Below are positions 1-15,400 of a stretch of 64,000 nt of DNA, in pieces. The stretch is taken from the NCBI GenBank assembly GCA_964016885.1, contig OZ024741.1:146940001-147004000 (forward strand), in the 5' to 3' direction. This stretch comes from Eledone cirrhosa (taxonomy: Eukaryota). How positions within the stretch are numbered: position 1 is the first letter of the stretch; each line of letters opens with the position of its first letter. The notes beneath the pieces are model-generated. The model ran no database searches. It was given only the letters and a program-made list of their open reading frames with translations, and was not told the origin of the DNA. Both the position numbers and the translations under genes were made by a program.

Positions 1-1330
1 CAGAGCCCCACCAAAGCCAGGTTTACACCCTACCCTCTCTATGATGTATCACATAAGGTGGAGGTTGTCATGTACACGTTTGTGCTTTCCTATCAGGTTC
101 TCGACAATAAGCGCCAGCCTCGCTGCTAACACCTTGGCCAAAATCTTTATCTCTGTGTTGAGCAGAGTTATGGGCCTGAAATTGCTTAGTTCGTCCCCCT
201 TGTTCTCATCTTTCCTGATCAGAGTTACTATGCCTCTGCCTACAGAACTGGGAATCCTCCCGTTCTGCTGCCAGTTGCAGTAGACCGCTTTGAGGACGCC
301 AGAGAACAAGTCTGGCATGCCTATGTAAAACTCATAGGGTAGACTATCTAAATCGGGTGATTTGCGTTTCCCACAGCGGCCTAGGGCATCTTCTAGTTTG
401 CCCGCTGTGATCGGCCTTTTGCAGCTCTTTGCATCCATGCTTGAGAGTCATGGTATGCCGTCGAGGTAGGAGCTGAAGTCCATCACCTCCCTTGACGTAC
501 CGCTTTGCCCGAACATTTGTGCAAAATGCTGCTGGAAGACCGTGCACATCTGCTTGGATTCAAGTAGAATGCGTCCATCTTTGTCTTGCAAAGACCGAAT
601 TATGGATTTGCGTCCATCTTTGTCTTGCAAGGACCGAATTATGGATTTGTTGCCACATTTCGCCTCTGCCACTCAGGCCCAGCTAACAGCTTTGGCTCCC
701 TCATTTCTTAGAGCACGTGTTCTACTTCTGTTTAGCTTCCTGTATCTGGGTCCCTGTCTATGTGTTCTATCAAGGTTGACTACGCAAGTGACTAATTTGT
801 GGTCTGAATAGGCAACCATGTGTATTTGTGAACAGCTTAATGTTTCCTTATCATTCTGTCTAATTAAAAATCTATCTAAATACGATCTAGAAGACCCAGT
901 GCGGTTTCTCCACGTCCACAGTGGTACACTTGGGAAGTCTAGTCGATATCTATCAGCCAGTTGGAATTGGCTGACGAGATTTTTTTTAGGATATTACACC
1001 CTCCTCTATTATCACAAGCTCCTACATAGTCCCAACGTGCATCTAAGATACCATTCAAGTCCCCCACTAACACTAAGGAGCAAGACGTTCCCAGGAACGG
1101 CTCCAGATGATTGAAGAACTCTGGTCGCGATGTCCCAGTTGGGGCATATACAGCCACCAGTCTGAAAGTTCCACCTTCACTACCATTCATGTCCAGGACC
1201 ACCAAGCTGCCCTCCGGGTCCAAGTGAATCCTTTGTGCTTTGAGATCCAAGTTTTTTCGAAACAGAACAGCAACTCCCCCGCCACCTCCTGGCTGACAGA
1301 GAGATGCGTAGATCTCAACATGGGGGTTAG
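1..1330 (-). mobile_element. Tx1/L1-clade non-LTR retrotransposon ORF2 fragment (APE endonuclease and RT N-terminus), decayed, internally deleted
   Basis: ORF 939..1391 has GGVAVLF, LVAVYAP, LVGDLN. The minus strand continues with SYLDR and SDHKLV. ORF 49..438 has KSPDLDSLPYEFY and NFRPITLLNTEIKILAKVLA. In-frame 39-bp tandem duplication at 570-647. Confidence 0.9.
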
Positions 1331-1479
1331 CTGCTGCTTGTTGTGAATCCTGGACAGATATATAGATAGGCAGATAGATAGACAAACACACAGATAGATA
1401 GAAAAACAGAAAGATAGACAGCTAGACAAATAGATATACAGTTTCATAGCTAGAGAGCTATATAGGTATACAGAACAAC

Positions 1480-1885
1480 ATCTGGAGCCAGCATACCTGA
1501 ACTGTGGAGATGGTAAGCGGCCCAATGAAATTACCCACTTCCCATTCGAAGGAAGTAAGTCCCTCACCTAGAATGCTACATACTGTGACACATCTTCTGC
1601 CTCCAGCTTAGTAGCTTCAGTACAAACCCCAGTACCATAGCCTGCAGTGCAGAGGACAGGGTGACAAGCAAATACCAGGGCTTGTCTAGCTGCTTCCTCT
1701 TTGCACCAGTCACCATCGAGACTTTAGGCATCCTCGAACCCTGTACAGCTGACCTCCTCTATAAGATCAGAATGACACCAGCCTATCTGAGAAAAGAGCC
1801 CCATGGTGGGGAGTGGCTGTTGCAGTGGGTGTCACTGGCCATTGTCTGCAGAAATGCCTTTGCCATTTTTGGAGTAGAGTCTATA
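1480..1885 (+). mobile_element. CRE-clade non-LTR retrotransposon 3' fragment (restriction-like endonuclease)
   Basis: GDGKRPNEITHFPF...CDT, then SKYQGL...FAPVTIETLG...WLLQWVSLAIVCRNA. Homologous to the copies at 38.7k, 51.1k and 63.1k. Confidence 0.8.
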
Positions 1886-2375
1886 ACCCTCTCCTTCTTT
1901 CTTTCATTGCCTAATAATCCTTGCTCTTTCCCTCCTTTTCCTCTCATTCGATAAATAGACTGACAGCTAGATAGATAGTTAGGTAGATACATACACATAT
2001 GGTCAACCCCAGCTTTGTAAGTAAAATTCGAAAAAAGGAAACTGGAAGGAAGCTGAACTGTACTTGTAATTCAAAGATCTAGCTTTGTCACATAATGTCA
2101 AGCTGATTCCTCTTGAAAATTACATTTAAGCATACATAAGTCTGAAATACTCAACCACTTGCATGTTAATTTATAAGCTGAGCACTGAATTGATGAAACC
2201 ACCGAGTGAGTGCTCATCATCAAAACAGGCAGAGGATTCTTCATATGGGAATACCATCATATAGGAATACCATCATATTCAGAAATGCAATGTTTTATAT
2301 TTTCTCTCTCACAATTCAAACCTAATCTCCCTTGAGAAATAAAATAATACTAAACAGAAAAATGTATTTCCCCTT

Positions 2376-2887
2376 ACTATATACTCGTTATAAACCAAGA
2401 AATATGTGATAAAAGCTCAATGGGGATATGGAGTGGGATCAGCTTATATTCAAGGTAATATTTTACCAATTTTTACCAACTTCAAAACTCTACATAAATG
2501 AGGTACTAAAATATTTTTCACTTTGGAGGTGAATATTACACTGGTTTCACTTTCGATGTGAAATTTGTATTTCCTATTTTGTTTTTTTTATATGTTTTGA
2601 ATAAATATGCTCTTCAAAAAGGTTGGAAATTGGTAAAAAATCCTTACATAATGGAGTTATGAAACAAAAACTTTACTCTAAATGATACTTAAAACATTTT
2701 AAATATCAAAATATTAAAACTTCATAAATATATTCTTCACTCATGAGAATTTCAAAACTGCACTGTCTAAACATAATGTGTTGATTACCTACCTCAATTC
2801 ATAAATGGGATTTGGACTTTTGCCAATTCTTCATATATAAGAGGTTGGTGTATATTTGGATTGGCTTATATTCGAGTAGATATGGTT
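2376..2887. mobile_element. Degenerate pogo/Tigger-like (Tc1-mariner superfamily) non-autonomous DNA element
   Basis: Left end TACTATATACTCGTTATAAACC and right end GGCTTATATTCGAGTAGATATGGT are decayed inverted repeats of the TACCGTATATACTCGAGTATAAGCC type. Confidence 0.5.
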
Positions 2888-3069
2888 CTTTTTCTTTGAA
2901 TTCTATTATTCAGAAGAAACAAAGTTTTAAATAATCAGAAATTTGATTATTAAGAGAAAAAAGATTCTTTCAGGTTTCTATGGCAACAAAGCCAATATTT
3001 GTAGTAGAGGAGAACTCAAGTGAATTAAGTTAAATTTATTAATCCTTATTTTATTAACAGTCAAGATGA

Positions 3070-3392
3070 ATAGTCTAGTGGTTTGAGTGTTGGCCTCATG
3101 CTTGTAAATTTGAGGGTTCAATACTTGGACAAGTCAACACATTGTTTCCTTAAGCAAGACACTTTATTTCATGCTGCTCCAGTCCAATCAGCTGGAAAAA
3201 TTAACTGTACTTGTAATTCAAAGGGCCAGTCTTAGCACACACTATATCATGCTGAATCTCCCTGAGAATTACATAAAGTATATACGTGTTTGTAGAACAT
3301 TCAATAATATGCACATTCATTTTTTTAGCATGCTGACCCATTGATTGAACAACTGGAACTCTCATCATCATAATTGATGGAGGCCCAACTAC
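3070..3392 (+). mobile_element. tRNA-derived CORE-like SINE, family 1
   Basis: A box TAGTGGTT, B box GGTTCAATAC, body CCTTAAGCAAGACACTTTATTTCA, tail TGTAATTCAAAGGGCCAG...GCTGAATCTCCCTGAGAATTAC. Related copies or tails near 2000-2230, 14305-14755, 15200-15545(-), 30495-30790, 53840-54070, 57730-58070(-), 60055-60390, 62180-62480. Confidence 0.8.
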
Positions 3393-4684
3393 AACGGTTG
3401 AGAGATGTGTGGTAATGTCACTCTTTGGAAAATATGGCCTCACAAGCTATTGAAAAAACAATGCAATAGTGGAGGAAAAAAATACCTAAATACTAATCCT
3501 AAACACAATTATTTCTGCTGATTCATGAAAATCAACATTTTCTTTAACTTGTAAAGGGGCTTGTATCAGAGAAAGGACAGTTTTTATTGTTTGCAAAATT
3601 TACATTTTGATAATCCTTTTTGAGAAACTAACATTTTTTTTTATTCTATTCAAAACGTGAGCATTTCAAGAAAACTCAAACTGAAATAGATTTTGGAACA
3701 TGATAAAGGAGATTAGATTGCAATTGTCACAGAGAAAATACTACACAATTCATTTTAGAATTGATTTAATATGACCTATTCAATGAAGGAACACCTGCTC
3801 GGTCATTCAACTTACTGCAGAAACTAGACAAATTTCCATCACAGCACAGTTTAAACAATTCTGTACATATTTGATAATATAATCCTAGATATGTGCAGTG
3901 AATTGGCAAAGTTATTTGAACGTCAGATAGAATGTTTTGCAATATCCATTCCAGCTCTCTGCACAGCCTATCCTTTCAAGGTGAATTTTATCTTTCATCT
4001 TTTTGAAGGTAATAAAAAAAAGTACCAGTCCATTACTGGAGTTGATTCTTCTTCTATTTCTCTTTCTCATATCTTCTTTCTCACACACTCTCTCCCTAAA
4101 CTTCTGTGGAAGAAATCAGCAGCATCCAGAACTGCTGAGGGGATGGGCTGCACCAGGTTTAAATTTCTCAAGACATAATGGTGCCCCTAGATTTCCATCA
4201 GGAGTTACAGGTCCATACATACAATCTTAGATACTTTATGACTGAATATGACAAAATGGTCATGGCTGGAATACAAAAGGTTTGCTCAATAAAAGTAATG
4301 TAATGCTAAATACATTATGACTATAAAAACAGGATTGTCATGGCTGGAATACCAAAAGTGTGTTCTACAAGATCAACGTTATACCATTATTCAACTTATT
4401 ACAAATAGCAGACAAATTTGTATCACATCATATATAGTCTGATTTCCTTACTCTGGCCAGCTTAGCTGCAGTTAACAGATTCAAGACTTGTGACCGATAA
4501 AGTCAACAACAACAAAAATAACACCCCTCATCACAGATACATAGAAGGCACACTTATGCTTGGTCACAAAACAGGGGCAGGTAGCACTTTCTTCTGGGAT
4601 TGGGTGGAGTGAGGCAAATAAAAGCAAGTACATGCATGAACATAGACTCACACACACACACACTAATATATATATATATATATA

Positions 4685-4870
4685 ACAAAGAAAGTGTGGT
4701 AAGGAACCAGGTGGACCATAACGCACCAGAGTACTCAATACTTAGGGTAGTAGAGTGAGTAATAAGAAAAGAGTCAGGACCCCAATGGCTGTGCTCTGGC
4801 TGTTTCAACAGCTAGATCTAGCTGTCAAAATTGCTGGAGCTCAGCCTTCGGGGTCCTTACTATTTTCCTA
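4685..4870. repeat. TA-embedded repeat ending in a ~100-nt imperfect fold-back
   Basis: First ~80 bp shared with 12201-12290. Perfect core palindrome ACAGCTAGATCTAGCTGT (4808-4825), extended by GGCTG/CAGCC and AGGACCC/GGGTCCT. Flanked by (TA)n. Confidence 0.75.
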
Positions 4871-4888
4871 TATATATATATATATAAA

Positions 4889-5202
4889 TAGGGAGACACA
4901 AAGCTGGCTTTGTTTACAAATAGCTAGCGAATTTGAAAATTATGTAGTAACATGTGTTTACACCGTATTTGATTAAATAGAATTAGTCTGTTAGTTGGGA
5001 TGGTAACACAATAGTCCAGAAAACCAAAGATGTAGGTTCATGTCCCATGTACGTCAATACTCATCCTTTTTACCATTAAGAGGGGTTTTTTTAAATCCCA
5101 ACTAACACACTAATTCTATTTAATCAAATGCAGCAGAAGCACATGTTACTACAAAATTTTCAAATTTGCTAGACGTTTGTAAACAAAGCCTGCTTTGTGT
5201 CT

Positions 5203-5207
<5 letters not shown>
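4889..5207. mobile_element. Fold-back/MITE-like element with ~113-bp inverted arms around a partial tRNA-like sequence
   Basis: Arms 4889-5001 and 5095-5207 (TAGGGAGACACAAAGC.../...GCTTTGTGTCTCCCTA). (TA)n on both sides. The spacer matches 6651-6745. Confidence 0.85.
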
Positions 5208-5241
<34 letters not shown>

Positions 5242-5246
<5 letters not shown>

Positions 5247-6577
5247 CTTGAGAAAGCCTTTGACAGAGTTCCACGTGCTGTAATCTGGTGGGCTCTTAGA
5301 AAACTAGGAGTAGATGAATGGCTTGTGAAAGCTGTACAAGCCATGTATAGGGGAGCAGTCAGCAAAGTTAGGATTAGCAATGAGTATAGCGAGGAATTTA
5401 GCGTACAGGTTGGAGTCCACCAGGGCTCTGTTCTTAGACCCCTCCTGTTCATCATAGTCCTGCAGGCAATAACGGAGGAGTTTAAGACCGGATGCCCATG
5501 GGAACTCCTGTATGCTGAAAACCTTGCACTTATAGCTGAATCTATGGTAGAACTAGAGAATAAATTCCAAACTTGGAAGCAGGACTAGAAAGAAAGGGTC
5601 TCAAAGTCAACATGACAAAGACTAAGGTCCTTGTAAGTAGACAAGAAGACAGAACCCAGATCCCCCAATCTCTGGGAGGGCTCTGTAGAAACAGTAGACA
5701 TTTTTCTGCTACCTAGGTGACCGAATTAGCAGCGGAGGTGGGTGTTCAGAAAGTACAATAACTAGGGTAAGAACGGGATGGAAGAAGTTTAGGGAACTAC
5801 TACCACTGCTAGCTGCAAAAGGCTTCTCCCTCAAAATGAAAGGCAGACTGTATGATGCGTGTATCCGAACAGCGATGTTGCATGGCAGTGAGACCTGGGC
5901 GCTGAAGGTGGAAGACTTACGTAGATTAGAGAGAAATGAAGCCTGCATGCTCCGATGGATGTGTAATAGTAATATACGCGAACGACAAAGCATAAATGAA
6001 TTGAGAGAAAGACTGAGCATAAGAGGAAACAAATGCTGTGTGCAGGAGAGGCGGTTGCGTTGGTATGGACATGTGATGCGTATGAAGGATGACAGCTGCA
6101 TAAAAAGGTGCAGAGCACTAGAAGTCGATGGAAACCGCGGAGTGGGGAGACCCAAGATAACTTGGGATGAGGTGATAAAAGCCGACCATACCCAATTACA
6201 CCTCTCAAAGGCGATGACACACGACCGTGACCTCTGGCGTTACGCAGTAATACAGAGTACCCGACCTCCCATGGGTACAAGCTGAAGCATATACACAATA
6301 TGCCCCACCCACCCACCGCAAGGTTGTCGTGGAGGTGCCACGGCAAAAAAGCACCCAGCCCACACTGTAAAGTGGACGTGTAGGCGCCACGAAAAAGCAC
6401 CCAGCACTCACTGTAAATGAGGTTGGTGTTAGGAAGGGCATCCAGCTGTAGAAATCAAGCCAAATCAGTTCCTGTATGAGCAAGGCATGGCCAGCCGACC
6501 AGACACTGCCCACAACAGGACAACTGGTCTAACCCATGCTAGCGTGGAAGAACGGACGTAAAACGGTGATGTTGATA
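5242..6577 (+). mobile_element. 5'-truncated RTE LINE, family A (RT C-half and 3' UTR)
   Basis: DLEKAFDRVP, VGVHQGSVL, YAEN (decayed YADD), MLHGSETW, RLRWYGHV. 3' UTR has AAAAGCACCCAGC repeats and a GAT tail. Confidence 0.95.
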
Positions 6578-6636
6578 TATATATATATACCTGATATGGT
6601 TATATAGCTTATAATTAAATGGAAGGAAGCATGCGT

Positions 6637-6707
6637 GGCCTGTTGGTGCAATGGTAACACATTGGTCCAGCAAACCAAAGATAAGGGTTTGTGTCCCATG
6701 TACGTCA
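6637..6707 (+). tRNA. tRNA-like pseudogene inside a TA-flanked repeat (loop CCAGCAA, anticodon position AGC)
   Basis: 71 nt with cloverleaf spacing. D arm GTG/CAC with TGGTGCAATGG A box; anticodon stem TTGGT/ACCAA; T arm GGG-TTTGTGT-CCC; imperfect acceptor stem; T-run at 6718-6723. C instead of U33. Confidence 0.6.
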
Positions 6708-6817
6708 ATACTCATCCTTTTTTCAATTCAGAGGGTTTTTTTAAATCCCAACTAACACACTAATTCTATTTAGTCAAATACGGCATTAGCACATGTTACT
6801 ACCTAATATATATATAT

Positions 6818-7640
6818 GGCCATGTTCGATATGTAGGAAAGGAACTGGCATAAATTCCATAAAATGTACGTAATGCAGATCTTGGGTACACAAGAGATGT
6901 AGTGGGATAGCAGGCAAACTAACAGGTAGATGTACAGGGACAGTTGGCAGTAGTAATTGCAGTGATAGACACATTTTTCCAATGCAGGTGTGTTCTATAG
7001 AAGTGGTTGATAGCTTCTGATACCTAGGTGATCAGATTAGCATGGGAGGGGGTGTTCTGAGGCCATAGTGTCTAGAATAAGGGTGGGTTGGAAGAAGTTT
7101 AGGGAGCTGCTTCCTTTGTTGACAAACAAGGGTTTCTCCCTGCGTATGAAAGGATGGTTATATGATGCCTGTATGAGATGCACGATGATGCATGGTAGTG
7201 AGACATGGGCAGCAACTGCAGAGGATATGCTACGGCTGGAGAGAAATGAAGCAAGCATGCTCCGTTGGATGTGCAATGTCAATGTGCGTGAATGACCAAG
7301 CATAGACGAGTTGAGAAAGAAACTGGGTATAAGAGGGATAAGTTGTGGTATGCAGGAGAGAAGTCTGAGATGGTATGGACATGTGATGTTCATGGAGGAT
7401 GACCGCTGGGTAAAGAAGTGCCAAGAAATACCAGTGGAGGGAAGACGCAGTAGAAGTAGACCATGAAAAACATGGGCGCAGGTGGTGAGAGTAGACCTCA
7501 GATCACTGAAACTCACCGAGATGACGAAGGACCGTGACAAATGGAGAGATGTTGTGCTGAATAGGACCCATCCAACCCTTGCAAGCAGGGAAAAGCAGAT
7601 GTAAAATGATGATGACGATGATGATGATGATGATGATGAT
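6818..7640 (+). mobile_element. 5'-truncated RTE LINE, family B
   Basis: WPCSICRKGTGINSIKC, GWKKFRELLPLL, HGSETW. Short 3' UTR and (GAT)n tail. Begins in (TA)n. Confidence 0.9.
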
Positions 7641-8023
7641 ATATATAATATAGGAATGGCTTTCCTGATTTCTCCCGAATGAAACAGTTCCAGTCCTGTA
7701 GAAGCCATTTCTATATTAAATATTTATTCTTTGCTATGTATTGAGCACCTTACTTACTGTGGTTACTCCTGAGTGAACCCGGGAAAGATATTTTACATTT
7801 ATTAATATTATTGATATTAATTATACACCAGAAAATATTGTTGAGGGCTTCTATCTATTATAAAATAACTCATTGCTTATATATATATATAAATTTGTCA
7901 GTAATATACTTTACATCTCAATAAATAAGATTGCTTTGAATCTAATTTAGAGAAGCTTATAAATATAAATATAGAAATATCTGTGGTTAGTCTGCACCTT
8001 ATTTAAGATATATATATATATAT

Positions 8024-8311
8024 TACAGTTTTAGGAAGCCATAGCTATGCAAACACTGGGGGAGGGGGGGAGCATCTGCTGGACATCACCCTCTGGTGAT
8101 GTCCAGCAGAAGCAAGGGGGACAACCGTCTATGCATTTCAGGCTTAACTGGCCTTCGTCAGGACGGTCCCTCCCACCGCTTGCGACTGCTGGACTTGAAG
8201 ACAGCTGAGAATATATACTTTTCTCGTCTGTGTAAATGAGGTGATTAATCTCATTTGCATATGAAGCTGCATAAGTTGGTGTTTGCATAGCTATGGCTTC
8301 CTAAATCTGTA
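8024..8311. mobile_element. Small element with 33-bp terminal inverted repeats (TA-CAG...CTG-TA), an internal perfect hairpin and a hammerhead ribozyme
   Basis: TACAGTTTTAGGAAGCCATAGCTATGCAAACAC (8024-8056) vs GTGTTTGCATAGCTATGGCTTCCTAAATCTGTA (8279-8311), one mismatch. Hairpin TCTGCTGGACATCACC-CTCT-GGTGATGTCCAGCAGA at 8075-8110. Confidence 0.85.
8124..8167 (-). ncRNA. Minimal type I hammerhead ribozyme
   Basis: Minus strand reads ACCGUC-CUGACGA-AGGC(CAGUUAA)GCCU-GAAA-UGCA-UA-GACGGU: all core nucleotides, 6-bp stem I, 4-bp stem II, palindromic AUGCAU stem III. Confidence 0.9.
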
Positions 8312-8449
8312 TTTCTTTGGAGATACGAAATATTTATACATATTGTATAAAGCTATGCTTGAAGAGAAATTCTATCTTTTTTTTTATATATATATAAGGG
8401 ATAACAAAATATTGTTATAAGTAATCCAGTTAGAGGTTGTGAATACTTC

Positions 8450-8680
8450 TTATTATGGATAGTTTTAGGCATTGTTTGACTAAACATGAGGTTTACGTAG
8501 ATGACGAGTTTATGATTTCACTTGTATTCTTATGTAAGTTTATCTTGGAGTAATAAAATTGAAAAAGTTTCCGAAGATCTGATCGAGCTAACATCATATT
8601 TAAAATTGAGTGGCACTGCTTCTAGTGTTCAGCAATTTTTAGACATCTTTATCAGTGAAACAATTGTTAGACTGTAAATA
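8450..8680 (+). pseudogene. Possible heavily deleted Penelope-like ORF remnant (RT motifs and GIY-YIG)
   Basis: IMDS.LG-like motif, YVDDEF starting at 8494, then DRANIIFKIE...C...FISETIVRL resembling GIY-YIG (NVVYK...YIGET). Needs frameshifts and contains stops. Confidence 0.35.
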
Positions 8681-8827
8681 AATCCCCTTTTTTGTACTGT
8701 TGACCATGTTATTTTCCACTTTTTCAATTATATATATATATATATATATACATAGTGCAAATTTGGACGGGAACAAAACAGAGAGGCAGACAAATATATA
8801 TGTACATACATATATATATGTATATAT

Positions 8828-12400
<3,573 letters not shown>

Positions 12401-15400
12401 GGTGATTTTTTTACCCCAGTGTCAGAAATGTCAGATTCTGCATTTGGTAATCAGGAGAATTGGGGTAGATGTAAAAGCCAAACTCACTATCTTCAATTCA
12501 GAATTCATGCCAGCTCTTGCCTTTGGTCATGAATCTTGGGTAATGACCAAAAGAATATGATCGCAAATACAAGCAGCCAAAATTGGTGTTTTACAAATAC
12601 AAAGATGAAGAAGAAAAAGAACTGAACGGAATCATGGAAAGGAACAGAGAAAATCCAGAGCTACCTATGCATTGACAAAAAATAATAGTTGTCAGCCACC
12701 CTGGGATACATCTATGATTTATGTCACAGTTATTATTGCTATGGATGGAGAAACAAGTGTAGCATCATGATTTTTACATCAATATTTCCATATTGGTATA
12801 TGTTGCACAGGATGCTTTGAGACAATGTTTTATAGTCAGATGCCCTTCTGACACCATTCCTTTTAGACATCTCTTAAGACCTGCAAGGATATGATGTATC
12901 TTCTCTAAAAACTGGGATACACATAGTGATATTTGCAAGCAAGTGTATATTACTAGTATATATTCAAACCTGTTTATTAAATTTCTTTCCAAGATGTGCT
13001 TCACTAAATACTACTATCCATATATGATATATTATTTAATATTGATGGTAGTGAAAGTTTGAACAGCGATAAATCAAAATCTAACAAGCAATCCTGTTTG
13101 TTACATTTGGGGTTTTTAACTCAAATTTCAATGTAGTAATCTATAAAGCATCTTCACATATGATATTTATTCATTCACTGTAAAATATTCCCCATAATTA
13201 TAAAGCTTACTAGAGTGTTATTATCTCTGATGTATTTCATTTATATAATGGCATGTTTTATAATACAACACTGTAACTTTAGCTCTGACTAATGTTCCCA
13301 ATACTTCAGAAATTCTTACAAAATATATAAACACACGTAACAACTATAATTTGTTAAACTAGTTGAAATTGAAGTACCGTTTTCAACTATAAATTACTGA
13401 TGCTTTAACTTTTGTCACTGAATAGACTTCTGTGTTTAAATATAAATCACAGTAAATTACTAGAATTAACAAACACAACAGTTGTTCTATGTCAGCAAGA
13501 CTCAATTCATTAAATCCTTATTCTTCTCTGATGAAGAACCCCATGACATATTTCTTCTTTACAAACTTCTCCAATATGTCTCATTATTTTTTATAATATA
13601 TTCTCTTTTTTTTTACTTTTGAATTATATATACATTTACCTAGCAATCCTTCGTAGTTAGAGACACTTTCTCACAATAGTCACTATACTTACTCTAATGT
13701 AAATGGCTGCTCTGTAAAAATAAGATTCACTGTCAAAACAAGTTTATATTTAGTAAGACTCCTTTATAGTGGCAGTGAGTTTTCAGCATTTGGAGTCTAT
13801 ATGTAAGCAAGGTATAGACTCCAATCTGTCTGGGAGGAGAGTAGCTCTGATAAGTATTGACTTTGGCTGTGATGACACATCCAGCATATGTCAGCATGGA
13901 AAAATGGATGTTAAATGATGATGAAGATGATGTAGAATCAATTTTGGGCTGTTATTTCATTTCTTTTGTTACACCTGAAATCTTGAGCAGTAGTCAGGGA
14001 GATCCAGTGTGACATGTGACATTTTGTGTGATAAGGCTGGCCTTTTGAATTACAGGTACACACCATCCAATGCACTTCAAAAAAGTTTCTGTCTGACCAA
14101 CTTGAGGCTATGGTAAATAGCACTCGCACAAGATGGCACACACTAGGATTGGATTTAACAAAAAAGAGGAGATATTAATCTATTTGTGTCAAGGTGGTTT
14201 TGTAAATTTCCTAGGGAAAATACTAATGAGAACTTCTAATAAGCTATTTCCTCTGCATATGAAATGGACTTTTCTGCATTCTAATAAATACATTTATTGC
14301 AGATGCAGTATTGCCAAATGGTTAAGAAGTTTGCCTTACAATCATTATGTCCTGGGTTCAATTTCATTTTGTGACATCATGGACACTTGTACTAGATTGC
14401 CTTAGATTGCTCCAAGCTTTGAGAGTGAAATTGGGTAGATACAAGCAGTTTATAAGTCCATCAGATGGACTGTACCTGTAATTCAAAAAGGCCAGCTATG
14501 TCTCATATTGTGTCATGCTGAATCTCCCTGAGAATTATGTTAAAGTTTACATGTGTCTCAGGAATGATCAACCACTTGCACGTTAATTTCAAGAGCAGGC
14601 TGTTTTGCTGTTTGAACAATTGAAAACCTCATCATACACATTGTTTAATGCTGAATCTCCTTGGGGATTACATTAAAGGCTACACGTGTCTGTGTAATGT
14701 TCAGCCACTTGCAACACCAGTTGGAACACTCATTGTAGAAACCAATAGAGGTCCATAATAACAAATAACTTCCATGATATTTTTGTATTGCTATAAACTA
14801 TTCACAGAAAGACAGTAATGAATTAGTTGATTTGATTTGTACATTTTCAGGTTTCATTGTAGATAATTTCGATAATACGTTCATTCATCTGTATACGACC
14901 ATTATACAATCATTCAGCTGAATACAATCATTACACAAGCATTCAGGTGTATACAATAAATTCTGATTAGCTGATAAACTTACAATTTGACTGTAATAAC
15001 AAGCATTCATATATGAGTAATGGTTTTATCTAAATTTTCTTTTTAAATCTTTTAGTTCATCTTCATGTATATGTATAAATAGGCACACATAAATGTAAAC
15101 ACATACACATAAACATATGCATTTACACACAAATATATTATATACAAATATGAACACAGAAATATATAGATACATGTACACACATGTATTCATACATATG
15201 CTAAATGAACCTTCACTGGTTCCAATTTCAGTTGTTTGACCAATTGAACAGACTGCTTGGAGAATTAATGTGCAAATAGCTGAACATTCCACAGATGTGT
15301 GTAACCTTAATGTAATTCTCAGAAAGATTTAGCATGACAGTGTGTGACAATGCTAGTCCATTGAATTGCATGTACAGTCTATCCAATGAGCTTCTGAGCA

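Noticed and set aside
13520-13560. Other CTGANGA matches (13528, 17408, 19142, 37860, 43674, 55722)
   Set aside because: No correctly placed stem II plus GAAA and no stem I; not hammerheads.
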